DNA of 64,000 nt from Hamiltosporidium tvaerminnensis FI-OER-3-3 (GCA_022605425.2 CM061253.1:62001-126000), one strand, 5' to 3'. Numbered from the stretch's first letter, positions 1-13,373 are shown. Notes: generated by a model not told the origin, from the letters alone. Numbers and translations are program-made.

Positions 1-1276
1 TAAACAGAATTGAAGAAAGCATATTTAAAATTTTTTTTAACATTTCTAATTTTTTTTTTGTTTTTTCAGTATTTTTTTCTTTCATTTGAATTTTAAAATA
101 TTTTTCTAAACCTTTTCTTCCAATTATAGGTTTATCAAGTTTATAATCTTTTGGATGAACAGAAGATTCTGTCATTTCTATTTGATCAGAAAAATCTAAC
201 AAGTCAAAATTATCAGTTAATTCAGTCAAATCATCATTTTTTACATTGAAAAATTGATTTTCAAATTTTTTTGATATCGAAAAATCAATATCTTGAAAAA
301 ATATCTTTTCATAAAAATTCGAACCATCATTTTCTTCAATAAATTCTTCAGTAAAAAAATTCTTAGAATTTATTGAATTATTTATATTTGGTTTATTAAT
401 AGAAATACAAAAATTAGAATTTTTACTTTCAATAATTTTTTCGATATCAGAAACAGAATTCTGAAAATAAATATATCCCTTTAAATCTTCATCTTTTAGG
501 TTCATTATTCTGTCATACAAATTATCAACTTCATTTATAATTAAACTTTTATTTCTCATCATTTCTTTAATTCTTATTGATTCATAAACTAAATGCCAAT
601 AAATACAACATTCAATAATTCTTAATTTAACTCGAATATCCGATTTATAAAATCTTTTTACTAAATTATTCATATCTATCGTTAAAATATTTTCTTTATC
701 AATTATTCTTTCAATGAATGGTAAAAGATATAAAATATTAAATGAATTATCTAAAATCGATTGATTTACAATTTTTATAAATTTTTTAGATTTAAAAATA
801 CCTAAAATTGATAAATTTTCTGAAATTATTTCAAATATTCTAAACAATTCATTTTTATGATAAGAAGATTCAAAATCGAATTCAATTTTGTTTTCAATAA
901 TTATTATTAAAACTTTTACCATTAAAAAACTTACTGGTGGCATTAAATTACCAATTATAATTCTAAATGCAGAAATCAGTTTCAAAAAATATTTTTTGTT
1001 TTCAGTATCAAAATTTTTTAAAATAAAATAAATTTTCTCAAAAATTATTTCATGAATTTTAAATTCTTTGATTGTTTTGTTTATTTCATCATTTTTTATT
1101 GTAGTTAGTAACGATGAGATTTCACTGTATAAACTAAATATTTCTAAATCTTTCATATTTTTATATTTTTCAATATTGTTTGTTATAAATCCCTCTTCAA
1201 ATAATCTTATCTTCTCTAATTTATTACCTATAATTCTGTTTTTTATTTCTTTTAAATATTCTACTTTAAGTTGCAT
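1..1276 (-). CDS. Partial ORF (>=425 aa, open to window edge); possible ARMC8/Vid28(Gid5)-like armadillo-repeat protein
   Basis: Manual translation from ATG at 1276 gives MQLKVEYLKEIKNRIIGNKLEKIRLFEEGF... with no stop to base 2. It is absent from the track because it has no stop. The N-terminal LKEIKNRIIGNKLEK resembles the KNxIIGNxxxK motif of ARMC8/Vid28; the product call is tentative. Confidence 0.75.
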   Translation of the reverse strand, partial: MQLKVEYLKEIKNRIIGNKLEKIRLFEEGFITNNIEKYKNMKDLEIFSLYSEISSLLTTIKNDEINKTIKEFKIHEIIFEKIYFILKNFDTENKKYFLKLISAFRIIIGNLMPPVSFLMVKVLIIIIENKIEFDFESSYHKNELFRIFEIISENLSILGIFKSKKFIKIVNQSILDNSFNILYLLPFIERIIDKENILTIDMNNLVKRFYKSDIRVKLRIIECCIYWHLVYESIRIKEMMRNKSLIINEVDNLYDRIMNLKDEDLKGYIYFQNSVSDIEKIIESKNSNFCISINKPNINNSINSKNFFTEEFIEENDGSNFYEKIFFQDIDFSISKKFENQFFNVKNDDLTELTDNFDLLDFSDQIEMTESSVHPKDYKLDKPIIGRKGLEKYFKIQMKEKNTEKTKKKLEMLKKILNMLSSILF

Positions 1277-2032
1277 TCTTCTTATTTTTTATGCCTTGCG
1301 TTTTATTTTTATTATTTTTTTAGTTTTATTTTTATTGGTTTTCTAAAAAAGGTATTTTTTTATTGATAATTTTAGTTTAGTAAAAAGGGTTTCCTAATAT
1401 TTCATTGGACAACAATGAATAATAATACATTTTGAATATATTAATACTAATTATTGGTATAAATGAAATCATTTTTTGTTATAAATTCATTTTCCTTTAT
1501 GAAACAATAAGACAAATGAGTTTTTTAAAGTAATTTAATTGTAAAATTTGAGTTTTGAATTTTTTTATTGAATTATTTCATTTAAAGAAAGAATCTTGAC
1601 TTCAATTTAAATGAAATCAATGTTTATTTTAATTAGATTTTAAAATTTTAAATTTTGAATATCAAATTAAACTGTAGGCCCTTAAAAACTTGCATAAAAA
1701 CAAACGCAAACCGCTTTTAATATCAAGCGAGAAAGATATTGTGTAAATAGTGTGAGATTTAGAAAATTACGGGGGAAAAGCAATGTGTTCTTTATAAATG
1801 AACTCATATATTATTTCATAAATATATTTATATAAACTTTCTTTTCTGTTTCATATCGAAAGTTTGATACTAATCTTTAAACAAAAGCAATCATTTTAGG
1901 TAAAATTCTTGAAAAAAGAACGCACAAATGAATTACGAACAGAAAATTTAAACAAATTACCAGTATGAAAAAAACTTCGAGCGAAATTTGAAGAAAATAT
2001 TTATAAATGCTTATTACTATACAAACCACTTC

Positions 2033-2259
2033 CCGGGTGCAGAATTGGCTTGTAGTATTCTCTGCTTGTCGTAAGAGGCAACTAAAAAAGACTGATCCTC
2101 CATGTTAGGTTGCGCGTAGGGCTAACAACCCACCCTTTAAAACTACCTTGTTACGAAACCCGATAAGTAAACAAACCCACTGGAAAAAGACCGGTGGGCG
2201 ATATTACTAAGGGAGGCCAAGGCTCGCACAGGGCTGTAGTGCCAAGGATGAATGAATGA
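2033..2259 (+). mobile_element. RTE-derived bipartite SINE-like element, copy 1
   Basis: Head matches the RTE 5' end (~30745-30900) and tail matches the RTE 3' end (~33752-33830). It has a (TGAA)n tail and a 14-bp TSD ATACAAAYCACTTC at 2019-2032 and 2260-2273. Confidence 0.85.
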
Positions 2260-2599
2260 ATACAAATCACTTCAAAGAAATTTTTTTGTCTACAAGAACT
2301 ACGCAGCTCAAGCCTATAAATATTCAAAATAGATTATTAGGCGAATGAATATTTACTTTTTTATATTCTGTATTTTTACAGAACAAAAGACAAAAACGTT
2401 TAAAACGAACAAAGTTCATTTAACTTTAAATTTTTGGATGGGAGAAGATATATCATTTAAATTTGAATATATATGAATTTGGTAAATATTTGAATAAATT
2501 TTCTAAGGCGTCATAATAATTACTTGTTGACGTTCGAGTTATTCCAAAAAAATTAGTTATGATTATATTTTGACAAATTTTCAGCTTTATTCAGTATAG

Positions 2600-3290
2600 A
2601 AATTTATTATAGTAGGCATGGAAAGTTTACACTGCAATCATTTTGGTAAACCAGTAGATAATTTGATTATCTGAATTTAAAAGGCTGGATGTTACTGAGC
2701 AGGTGGCACAACGAAGTGGGGAAAACATACATTTACTCTCACTAAATAGAATAAATTTAAGTTTACAAAACGAAATTTAATTCACACTGTCCGAGAAGTT
2801 CTTGAAACAGGTACAATGAAAAAATGTTGAAGAAGAAGTGATTAAAACCGATTCAAATTTGTAATAATTTATTGGATATTCTTAGTTTTTATAAGAAATA
2901 AAATTAAGTACGCTTATCTAAGTGGGAATACCTTCATAAGATTCATCTCAAATAGTTGAAAATGTAAAAACCGGAGAATCATAGTCTTTAATTGGCTAAT
3001 AAATTTAATCTTGTATTTAAATTGGTTGTGAGATGATCGCTCATGTCATAAACTTGAGGTTTATTGGGCTAAAATACAGTAATATGTATGCTAAAAAAAA
3101 CGCAAGTACGTGAAAAAACAGAGACATTCATTCAGTCGATACAGCACAAAAAGACTCGGAAACGATTTTTTGACCAAAAAAGAAAGTGCGAGTGAAAATC
3201 AAATCTCGGGAGGGTTTAAAGAGGACTATAATTGAGTTTTATATATTGTGTTTAAAACATTGAAACTAAATTTTCATGCGAGTCCTCCAA
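2600..3290 (+). mobile_element. Highly decayed 3' fragment of the RLE non-LTR family
   Basis: Collinear remnants of HNEV, HSVQEIL, ITLIEVGITSQDSLQIVE (gattcatctcaaatagttgaaa) and LANELGL. Confidence 0.65.
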
Positions 3291-3339
3291 GTAAATAGGA
3301 ATTTGTTTTAAACAACTAAAAACAAAAAAAATAATATTC

Positions 3340-3850
3340 TATATTTTAAATCAAGTATCTAAATTGATGAAACGACGAGATATAAAATAAAAAGTCTAAT
3401 TAATGAGATTACGTTGGCCGAAACTTAACCAATCATAAGATAATGTCTTTGGGACGCCTATAACTATGCGAAGCTATGATTTATTCTTTGATTGTCTTTC
3501 ATTCGTAGGGAAGGAACGAGCTAAAAAAGATATAATTAGATGAGCCAAAGATGTTGATAATTGCAAGAAACTGCTGATATACATGCGATATGCAAAAGAA
3601 AGAAAAATGACGGGCAAATTTTTATTTTGTAAGCCACGAAAGTGCTATTTTCATTGCAAAAAGATTTTAATTAGACTATCTATTACAATTGAACTTGCTA
3701 GATCAATATGCATCAATGGAACTCCAGCAATCTTAGGTATGCATTCTGGATTTTTTTCCTACATGAAGAAATAATTTACACAATCTATAATAACACATTG
3801 CATGTACATCACTATACATTTGTGTTGAAAACTTTCAAGATGATTTTTAA
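3340..3850 (+). mobile_element. hAT (Buster/ZBED5-type) transposase remnant, interrupted by the 125-bp repeat
   Basis: Broken translation LDE..DVDNCKKLLIYMRY..KFLFCKP..SICINGTPAILGMHSGFFSYMKK..IITHCM matches the Buster-type LDESTD/FLFCKPL/CTDGAPAMLG/THC motifs. Confidence 0.7.
3409..3530 (+). repeat. ~125-bp retroposed repeat E, copy 1
   Basis: Homologous to 45062-45190 and 50199-50320; A-rich end; flanks TAATTA(G)ATGAG look like a TSD. Confidence 0.7.
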
Positions 3851-6519
3851 AAAAATATCTACTTACTTCAATAAACTATGTAAAATATATCTGTAGGCGA
3901 GCTTCTGTTGATTCTATTTTCTTTGTGTTTTTCTAAAGAAATTGTTGTTGTTCACACCGTGGTTCTATATCACACTAAATATGATGGCTCTCTAAATATT
4001 GCATGCTTAGCTGGGTTGTTGAATTAGTGGAAGAAATTATTTAGTTACAGACTAGTTGAAACTGTTATTTAATAAAAGGTATTGATAGCAAAGACGCTTT
4101 TCTTAGAATAGTCTACTTTGTGGATATATATTTCTACTTGAATTAATCGAAGTATTTGGTGCAAATATAATAGACGGTGCAAAATTATCTGCATTTTGGG
4201 AAGCCTAGAAATTTTAGTAGGTCAAGTTGTCATTTGGAATTTTGTAAATCTTCCATTGCTTGATTCAATTTTTGTCGAAAATCCAAAACTAACAATTATA
4301 CAAATATTGCAAGGCATTGTAATTTTTTTTAGCAAATAATTCGATTGATATTTTTCTACAAGGAATATTATTAAGACTTAAAGTGATAAACCGATTTTTT
4401 TCTCTATAACCTAAATTTGATAGATGATGGTGATTTAAAGAAAGCCAATTTAATTGAAATGTGAGACATTGGGCATATTCAAAAAAAATTCAAACATTAT
4501 AGTAAAAAAATTATTATGTAAGCACTTAGAACGTTTTCTACATTTCGCAAAATAGATATTACCATTACCTCTGCTATTTGCTATTGACTACTTGTATAAA
4601 TAGAGTTTCCCTAAGTTCTGCACACAATACTTAAAGCGAAAAATCGCTCAAATAAAATAATAACCCCGCGTGTCTCTTTCAAAAAAAAGACTCGTTTCAC
4701 GAATATTATAATAAACAAGCAACAACAATCTAGTCATTGGAAAAAAATATTTTAACGTATTTGATACAAAACATGCTTATTTTCTTAAAAAAACTATAAA
4801 TTTACAAAAATCGTAAAACTTTTTCATTAGGGTGTAGATACCAATTTTTATTCAAAGGAAGGCGGCCTCAAAAAGCTACAAACCCATGAATAAAATGAGT
4901 ATCTTCTTGGAAATCGGAATTGATTTTTATAAATATAATCAATTATACCATCCAAGACTAATATTCTAAAAATCAATCAAGAGGGTTCAAAAACACATAA
5001 TACTATAACAAGGCTTTACACTATTTATGAACACAATAGAAAACTAAATTCAAAGCTTGTTTATTTAATATAATAAATTTAAGATAGAATTTTCATGTTG
5101 TTCCTTAAGTTATCAATATAATCTTTATCATGTTTTGATACAACATAAACACCAAGGAATATAAATTAAAGAGAGTGAAATCAACTATAAAACTTTATAA
5201 TGAAAGAATTAAGATTTATATTTTCCTAAAACAGAAACTAAAAATATCGTAAATGAAAAGTTTTAGATAAAATTTAGTGATAATTTGATCCAAAAACAAA
5301 CAAATATATTCCACAAAACATCAAGAAACAAAAAAAATTTATAATACATGTAGGCTTTTGTATATATATTTTTCTTTTTTTTCTTCTTAATATGTCAGTG
5401 GGTAGTATTTTATTCGTAATAAATGTTTTCAATTAGTATTTATTTACCTTATCATAAAGAATAAGCTGTAAAAAAAAAACTAAATTTTTCTTTTTCGGCC
5501 ATACTTACTTAATGTTAAGACAAGGTTTTTATAATACATACATATTGGTGGAATTTATTTTAGTGAATTTTTGTATTTAGCTGTTAATTATTATATTTTA
5601 GTGATTTTCCAACGTATGCTTTAAAAGTATTAGATATTATTTTTAAATGTTAAGATTACAATTATAATAAAGCTTATCTTACAATCTAAAATTATGATTC
5701 TTACTAATCCATAAAAAATAAAAATTTATTCAGATTTCTTTCTGCTTTTTGGTTTAAAATGCGAAAAAAACTATTCTTAAACTAAATTATTCATCTCTTT
5801 ATTATCCACCAGGAGCAATATTCATTCGTAATAGAATTCACAACTCAAACATAAGTATTTTCATTTAAATAGTATTTACAGACAAATTAAATAAAGAAAC
5901 ATTTCAATTTATTGACTAAAATTTTTATTTAAAATTTCTCAGAAAATTTGCTTGAAATTTAAATTTTTAATCAGAGAAGTATATTAGACTTGCCATTTTA
6001 AAAATAATTTAATTATTAGATTTATATTTTTTTGGATTCTATCAGTAAAATTAGAAACATGATGTTTACTTCTTAATTCTTAAAACATATTATACTAATT
6101 ATAAATTATTCCTACCTTGCAATAAACAAATTATTTTTAATTCAAGTTTAATATTTGCATTTTTACCTCGAAACTGTTTTTAGTCATTGTAAATAAATGT
6201 TCTTTCAATATTTAAACTTTTTTAAGCAAACATCACTTGGAAAAATAAAATTAAAAAACTTTTTTATATTTAAAAGATACTTTTCCCAAAAATACATATA
6301 TTTTTATTATTACATCGAATACTTACTTAAATATATTATAAAAAATCTAGGGATCTTTATTTTGCCAGAAATTAGATATATCGATAAAACATAGGATTGT
6401 GTTTTAAGCCGCATATAATACTTTCGAAACATATAATTTTATAAAATCTCTTTTATATTTGCTATACATTCTTCTCATAAATAATATCGTGTAAGAATAA
6501 ATAAAAATGACTTTATTAT

Positions 6520-7091
6520 TTTTTATTTAATAAAATTCTGGGTTAAAATATTTTTTACCATTTTTTACATGTTTTCTTCTACCTCTTTAACCACTTTTGT
6601 CTCTTCTTCCAAATCCGACTCTTCATTTATGTTATTGGTCGGTTCCTCTAAAGTGGTTCCTCCTTGTAAAATAAAGGGGGCTTTATATTTTGGTTTAAAA
6701 TTTTTGGCACCATCTTCCTCTGTTTTCGCTTCTTTTAAAGGGGGTATTGGTTCCTCATGCATCTCTGATCTCATAATAACACCCATTGACGCTCTCTCCC
6801 AGCTCTCTTCGGCATTTAGTCCTGACTCAAGTCCTCTTCGTCGATCAAAGGAAATAGTTTCGACTGTCTTTTTAAGTACTATAGACTGAATGTATGCTTC
6901 TACATTCATGGGTATTTCTAGTCTTTTAAGATGAGATTTATGGTATTTTGTCACAATACCGTCCCAGGTCATCACATAAGGGATTATCTCAACACTACAC
7001 TTATAAATAAGGCCCAACTCATTGGCTAGCAGGTCATACTTCCTAAGTTTTTCAGTTTCAACTATTTGAAGTGAATCTTGGGAAGTGATTC
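6520..7091 (-). mobile_element. 5'-truncated young copy of the RLE non-LTR retrotransposon
   Basis: Near-identical to 12590-13158; 13-bp TSD ATGACTTTATTAT at 6507-6519 and 7092-7104. Confidence 0.93.
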
Positions 7092-7894
7092 ATGACTTTA
7101 TTATAAATTCAAAAGCCTAAAAATTATAATCTTACAATAATTCGTAATTTTTCTATATTTAGTATCTAGAAATGAAAATATACCAAGCAAGTTCTTTATA
7201 AAACTATACATAAAAATGTAAACCTTTTTTTATAAAAATTTACCTTTGGCATAGTAATTAAAAGTTATCTAAATTTATATTATTTTTTGAATATCATAAC
7301 CATTGAGTATAGAGTTCTACCTTTATAATTGTGATTATAGAATACTTACAAACAATCGAATTTTAAAATAAAATAAATTTTTATTTAATAAAACCTTTGT
7401 TATATAAAATCTATTATATAACCAACAGTGTCTATATGAAAGCTATAACTCACCTGGAACTATAAAATAATTCGAAAAAAATGGGACCCTTTAGAAATAG
7501 TGTTCTGATTAAGAATATGACTCTTATATTAGTTCCTTGATCTTACACAGCTAATAAGAGTGTGTAGAAGTAGAAAATAAAACGTCTCGAAACATTCATA
7601 CTCCAAATAAACATTTGCATTGACTATCGGTAACTATTCTTTTTAGATTGTAGCACATCATATGAACAGAATTTTTTTCATATTTTTTAAAGTTTTAATT
7701 TTAAAAATTGCATTCAATTTTAATCATTTCGTTCGGATTTTGTTTCTAATTATTTTAAAAATCCATGAACAACTGTAAATAATATTAATATTTAAAAGCA
7801 TCTTTACTGGAGATTTATTTATATCCTTTATAATATTTCAATAATTTTATTTAAAAATATCACATCTTTTAAACAAAAATCGCAAGTGTTATAT

Positions 7895-8570
7895 TTTTTT
7901 CATAACATTAACGTAGTTCTGGTTTTAACATAAATAGCTGCCGGCAACACTACATTAGTACCTCTTACGATACTTACTCCCAAAGTCTCTCATCTAAAAG
8001 GTATGTAGAACCCAATTAACGGGCGAGGTAGTTGCCAATAATTTGTTAATTTTGTTGCATAGAGTGTGATCGTAGGTCTAAACCTCCCATAAAACTTTTA
8101 AGTCTATCAGATTCCACTTACTCTATACTTTTCGAACCGAATAAACTTACTGCTAAAATATTTATCTCGGTGACTTATATGAAGTCCATTTAACAGTGCA
8201 ATGTCATATTAACAAGTATTCTGCTATTTAGCTTCCTGGCTTTTTAAAAGGTATGCTTTTCCGTATCCTCTAAACACTAAGTTTTCAACCCAAGTAATAA
8301 GGCTAGGTTTACATGCTTCTACATGGAAATTACCTACAGATTCACTCGTTGTTTCCAATCTAGTTACATGGAAATAAAAACCTAACTCTTTAGAAAAAAA
8401 ATTCACAATTTTATAGATTTTCTCTTCTTTCTAAAACTCCCCTAGAACAACTTAAAATCTAATATGTTATTGTATTGCAGGAATCCAAACAATGCCATAG
8501 ATCAATTTCATCTGATAATTACTAAGTAGATAGTTTTTAGTGCGGTTATCTTCTATTCACAAATTATTCT
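7895..8570 (-). repeat. ~650-bp dispersed repeat C, copy 1
   Basis: Collinear with 53020-53665 and 59875-60530 (e.g. acagtgcaatgtcata, aaggctaggtttacatgctt, gtgtgatcgtaggtc); strand assigned by the A-rich end. Confidence 0.85.
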
Positions 8571-8904
8571 TTCAATAACATCATAAAATTGTATACTTGA
8601 CTAAATTAAAAAATTTAATAAATTTAATTAGGAAGTTATACAAGAATGAATAAATCAATCCAGCATATCACTAGCAGAAACTGTTTTTTTCTGACAAAAA
8701 AAACAAATCACACGAATTAAGATTAGATGTAAAGTGAAAGGAATAAACGGAAAATAAATAGCTTAATCCTCAAAAAAATAAAACAAAAAACAGCAGAAGA
8801 GAAATATACTGACTTAAAAAAACAATAAATTTTTAGTAGTAAATTCCTCAAAACCCTTTTACGAATTCCGAATTCAAAAAAAACTAAATAAAAAACAAAT
8901 ACAT

Positions 8905-9072
8905 TTATAATTATCTAAATTAAAATAGTAAAAGATTATAATTCAGTAATATATATAATAGTAAATTATCTAAATTAAAAATGTAAATGATTATAACTGA
9001 GTAATAAATATTTATAAATTACTAAATTTAAAGTGTAAAAGATTATAAATTAGTAAATTAAGATTATAAATA
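8905..9072. repeat. AT-rich degenerate tandem repeat (~55-bp unit, ~3 copies)
   Basis: Recurring AATTATCTAAATTAAAA..GTAAA.GATTATAA. Confidence 0.6.
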
Positions 9073-9267
9073 TACTCACAAATATTTTTTCTGTAGAATA
9101 TAAAATTCAGTTAGTTTTTATAAGATTGACACCTAATACATTATAATTTATCTATAATTTTACCAAAAAAAATGTTAAAATATTTATTTTAATTATTTGA
9201 TTTCATTTAGATAAAAATAAATAGAAATATTCTTTAAATATAATTTTAATGTAAAAACAATCTCTGT

Positions 9268-9378
9268 TCTTATCAATCCTTATTCTTCTTATTCTTATTC
9301 CTCTTATTCTTCCTATCAATCCTTATTCTTATTCTTCCTATCAATACTTATTCCTCTTATCATTATTATTCTCATTCC
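9268..9378. repeat. Pyrimidine-rich simple repeat (TTATTC / TATCAATCC), the insertion site of the RLE element
   Basis: Direct reading; C/T-rich sequence resumes after the element at 13159-13389. Confidence 0.7.
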
Positions 9379-12300
9379 ATATGAGTAGAAGGAAAAAAGT
9401 AGACAGCGAAAATATAAAAATTGAAAAAATAAAGGCTGTAAACAACTTGGAGAACAGCGCAGGAGAGATTTTGATGTGTGATGTAGATGTAGCAATGTTA
9501 TCCGAGAGAATTCCACCTCCACCGACCTTCCATAACACCACCCACCAACCACCAAGAAGTAGTTGCCAGACTAGTCTAGTCTGCTTGGTTGACACCATAC
9601 CCTCGTCTTCTGGTACCGATGCCACTGCGTTTGGACCAGCCAACGGCATGACAAACCTCAATACAGATGCCATTCTAGAAGGGAATCGAATGATGGTATT
9701 GCACTCAATACTTGACTCTGTCACAGTCGTAGAGCAGGAATGGCCTAGATCTGCTATTCTAGAGTTCAAAAGGGTTTGATAGAATGCCCAGAAATGGCTG
9801 GCTCGCTACTCTGAGGTACTATAATGAGAAATTTAGCTGCACACTAGATATAGATGCGTTTAAAAAATTCCACAAAAGGCGGCAGAAAGAGAAACTAAGC
9901 AAGAAGAGAACAGAGAGATATGTAGAATCGCCATTTTTCTGACTGAGCAATGTACCTTTACTGACACGGAGTACATAAACCTGTGAGATAAATTTTTGAG
10001 TAAAATCAAACAAATCTCACAGAAGAAAATTAGAAAAGAGGTGGTCAGAACTCGAAATCTTCCAAGTGAATTGGTTGAAAGTAAAGTTTTGGACCTTATT
10101 AATCGAATTATCGGTGATATGCTGATTCTTATGTGCCGATGACGATAACATAAGTAGCACGGATAATCCAGGCAGCCCAGGTATGCTATGACGAGGCAAC
10201 ACGCAAAGAAAAGCCTAGATCCGCTTGGAAGGAAAACATAGAAAGTAAAATTTCTAAGTTAGTACTTTCCAAAGATCTTCTCGAGAAGGCTTGTAAGCAG
10301 GAAAAGCTCTCCACTTCTGAAACGAAGAGCCTTAGAAAATCATGCGAGAATTTAATTTAAACTTGAGCAGTGTAACTGATCTTTCTGAGGCTTTAGTTAA
10401 GAAGAATGAATCTTTGAATGTTTACGAGAAAAAAATTGCGATACATGAAAGTAGGAAGCAATTCCGAAAAGAGAATCGTATGTTTGAGCTTTTCCATGGT
10501 CAATTTTATCGTGGGTTATCTGAGCGTATAGAATCCGAGCATGTGGTTAGCCGTGATGAAATTGTGAGTTTTTGGTCTACAATGTGGAACAAAATGATGA
10601 GACAGTCACGTATGATGATTATTTGATTCCATTTGTATCAGATAATCATCTGACCACGTTTCCTTCACTTGATGAATTTGTAAATATCATTAATTGGTTC
10701 CCAATTGGAAAGCTGCTGGAATTGATGGTATTTACAATTTTTTCATCAAGAAACTTACAACTCTTCACAAATATATTTATGATATTGTGAAAGTTATACG
10801 TTTAGAAGGAACACCTCAAGCTGATTGGTTTTACTGCGGGCTTACGTATTTGATACCGAAAGGAATTCCATGAAGAGGCTCTGACTACAGGCCAATCACT
10901 TGTATGTCCAACCTTTTTAAGTTAACCACAAAGTGTGTAACGAAAGTCGTTCAAATTGAAGTGGAAAGGCGAGGGTTGCTTACAGAGAACCAATTAGGGG
11001 CGGTAAGAGGTGTGCAGGGAGCGAAAGAGCAGGCTCTACTGAATATTGCCTTAAATAAAGAGTATGGAAACAATCTTAAGGCAACATGGATTGATGTTAA
11101 AAAAGCTTATAATTCAATAGATCATGCTTATTAAACTCAATGCATTGAAAACCAAAATTTACCTGATCTGATCTTAAAATTTATTGCAGATAATTATGTA
11201 AAAATAGATAGTTGATATATCAGTAGGGCCTGAAAAAATCATGAGCAAGAAGATTGATAGAGGGATTCTACAAGGAGATAGTTTGTCACCATTGTTATTT
11301 GTGTTGTGTATGGATCTATTAAGCCGAAAGCTTAATGAAAAACGCACAAAAGTGACAGTACAAACAGATGCAGAATCCCATTCTACTAATCATCTCTTGT
11401 TTATTGATGATCTAAAGCTACTTGCAAAAGACAGTTCCACATTGAGTGCTATGACAGGCGAGGCAAAGGAATTTTTAGAGGTGATTGGCTTTGAGATTAA
11501 CAAAGAGAATTCAGCCACAAATGATACGTGTTGTGAAGATACTGCTACTCTTCTAGAAGGTGTTAGTGTTTACAAATATTTAGGAATAATGGAAGATAGC
11601 AGAGGAATTCCAACACGTAGCTCATTTGAAGAAGTACAAAGCAAACTGATAGCAAAAGTTGAAAGACTTTGTCAGGCTAGATTAAACGCAAAAAAATTAT
11701 TTTCAGCAATCAATCAACATGCGATATCGTTAATCAACTACCACATAGGAGTACTTCGACTTGAACCGGCTGACTTCTCTAAGTTAGATGATGCACTGCG
11801 TGCGGTGTATGTGAAAAATAAGATACATATTCGCCCAGGATGTAAAGAGCGTTTGTATCTTCCTAGAACAGAACTTGGAAGAGGCCTACATAGTGTTTAG
11901 TTGCGAAGCGAACATATGCTTCTGCAACTCTTGGATTGTCTGAAAAAAAGTAAAGAAATATCAACTAGACGAGCAGCAATCCTCAAGGTGGACAATAATA
12001 ATAAAACCCATCTTGCACTAATAAAAGGCTTCTTAAAAGTAAAGTACAGGTTGGTAGAAGAAGTCACTAAGAAAAGTTTAGAAGAAGCTCAACTTGCAAA
12101 ACTATATAACGAAATAGAAAAACGAAAACTACATTCAAAGTTATATAATGCAAGGAAAAATGAGCTTGTGAGTGTTAGTGACTCTTCAAGATGGCTAAAG
12201 AGAGGAAATATTAGGCCACGAAATGAAGCTGTGTTCTGCTATATCCAGGATATAAATGTATTCTGGGGAGCAGATGGTGTGTGTCAACATTGCGGGAAGG

Positions 12301-13158
12301 CTGGTAAGACTGTAGATCATCTAGCAACTAGATGTGAAAAAATGCTAGGCCATGATTACACTAGACGGCATAATGAAGTGGTTAGATGCCTACACCTACT
12401 TCTTCTAAATAGATATAAGTTTAAGTCTTCAAAACGAATAAGGAGTCACTCAGTTCAAGAAATTCTTGATAATGAGTATGCAGAGATAAGAGTAGACACC
12501 AGAATAAAAACTGATGTTAAAATTCGGAATAACAGACCGGACATATTTATTTTAGATAAGAAGAAGAATAAGATAACACTCATTGAAGTAGGAATCACTT
12601 CCCAAGATTCACTTCAAATAGTTGAAACTGAAAAACTCAGGAAGTATGACTTGCTAGCCAATGAGTTAGGTCTTATTTATAAGTGTAGTGTTGAGATAAT
12701 CCCTTATGTGATGACCTGGGACGGTATTGAGACCAAATACCATAAATCTCATCTTAAAAGACTAGAAATACCCATGAATGTAGAGGCATACATTCAGTCT
12801 ATAGTACTTAAGAAGACAGTCGAAACAATTTCCTTTGATCGACGAAGAGGACTTGAGTCAGGACTAAATTCCGAAGAGAGCTGGGAGAGAGCGTCAATGG
12901 GTGTTATTATGAGAGCAGAGATGCATGAGGAACCAACACCCCCTTTAAAAGAAGGGAAGAGAGAGGAAGATGGTGCAAAAAATTTTAAACCAAAAAATAA
13001 AGCACCCTTTATTTCACAAGGAGGAACCACTTTAGAGGAACCGACCAATAACATAAATAAAGAGTCGGATTTGGAAGAAGAGACAGCAGTGGTTAAAGAG
13101 GTAGAAGAAAACATATAAAAATGGTAAAAATATTTTAACCCAGAATTTAATTAAATAA
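9379..13158 (+). mobile_element. Full-length but inactivated non-LTR retrotransposon with RT, CCHC knuckle and restriction-like endonuclease (R4/Dong-like clade)
   Basis: RT motifs YRPITC, ENQLGAVRG, WIDVKKAY, GILQGDSLSPLLF, HLLFIDDLKL, YKYLG; CQHC..TVDHL..C; RHNEV; RPDI..IEV..EKLRKY. 14-bp TSD ATTATTCTCATTCC at 9365-9378 and 13159-13172. Several stops and frameshifts. Confidence 0.95.
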
Positions 13159-13373
13159 ATTATTCTCATTCCTATAATTTTTTTTCTTATAAATTTAGAT
13201 TTTTATCTAATAAATATTCTTCCTCCTTACTAATATTCTTCCTTCTATTAATATCCATCCTTCTATTAATATTTTTCCTCCTTATTAATTCTCACTCTAA
13301 CCTCTATCCCCCCTTCTTCACCATCTTTACCCTCCTTCATATCCTTTACCACACTAATCCTATTTATTTCTTT

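Noticed and set aside
1068-1346. 92-aa hydrophobic plus-strand ORF
   Set aside because: Antisense shadow of the long minus-strand ORF.
3890-4500. Possible Ty3/Gypsy pol remnant on the minus strand (..KFLGF..)
   Set aside because: One weak motif only; no YxDD, integrase or LTR seen.
5027-5580. Fourth family A paralog
   Set aside because: Only a broken hydrophobic frame and an upstream motif; homology could not be confirmed by eye.
12899-12941. GGGTGTT...AACACCC pair in the RLE 3' region as the source of the minisatellite
   Set aside because: Only a 7-bp match with no flank similarity; it may be chance or a local hairpin.
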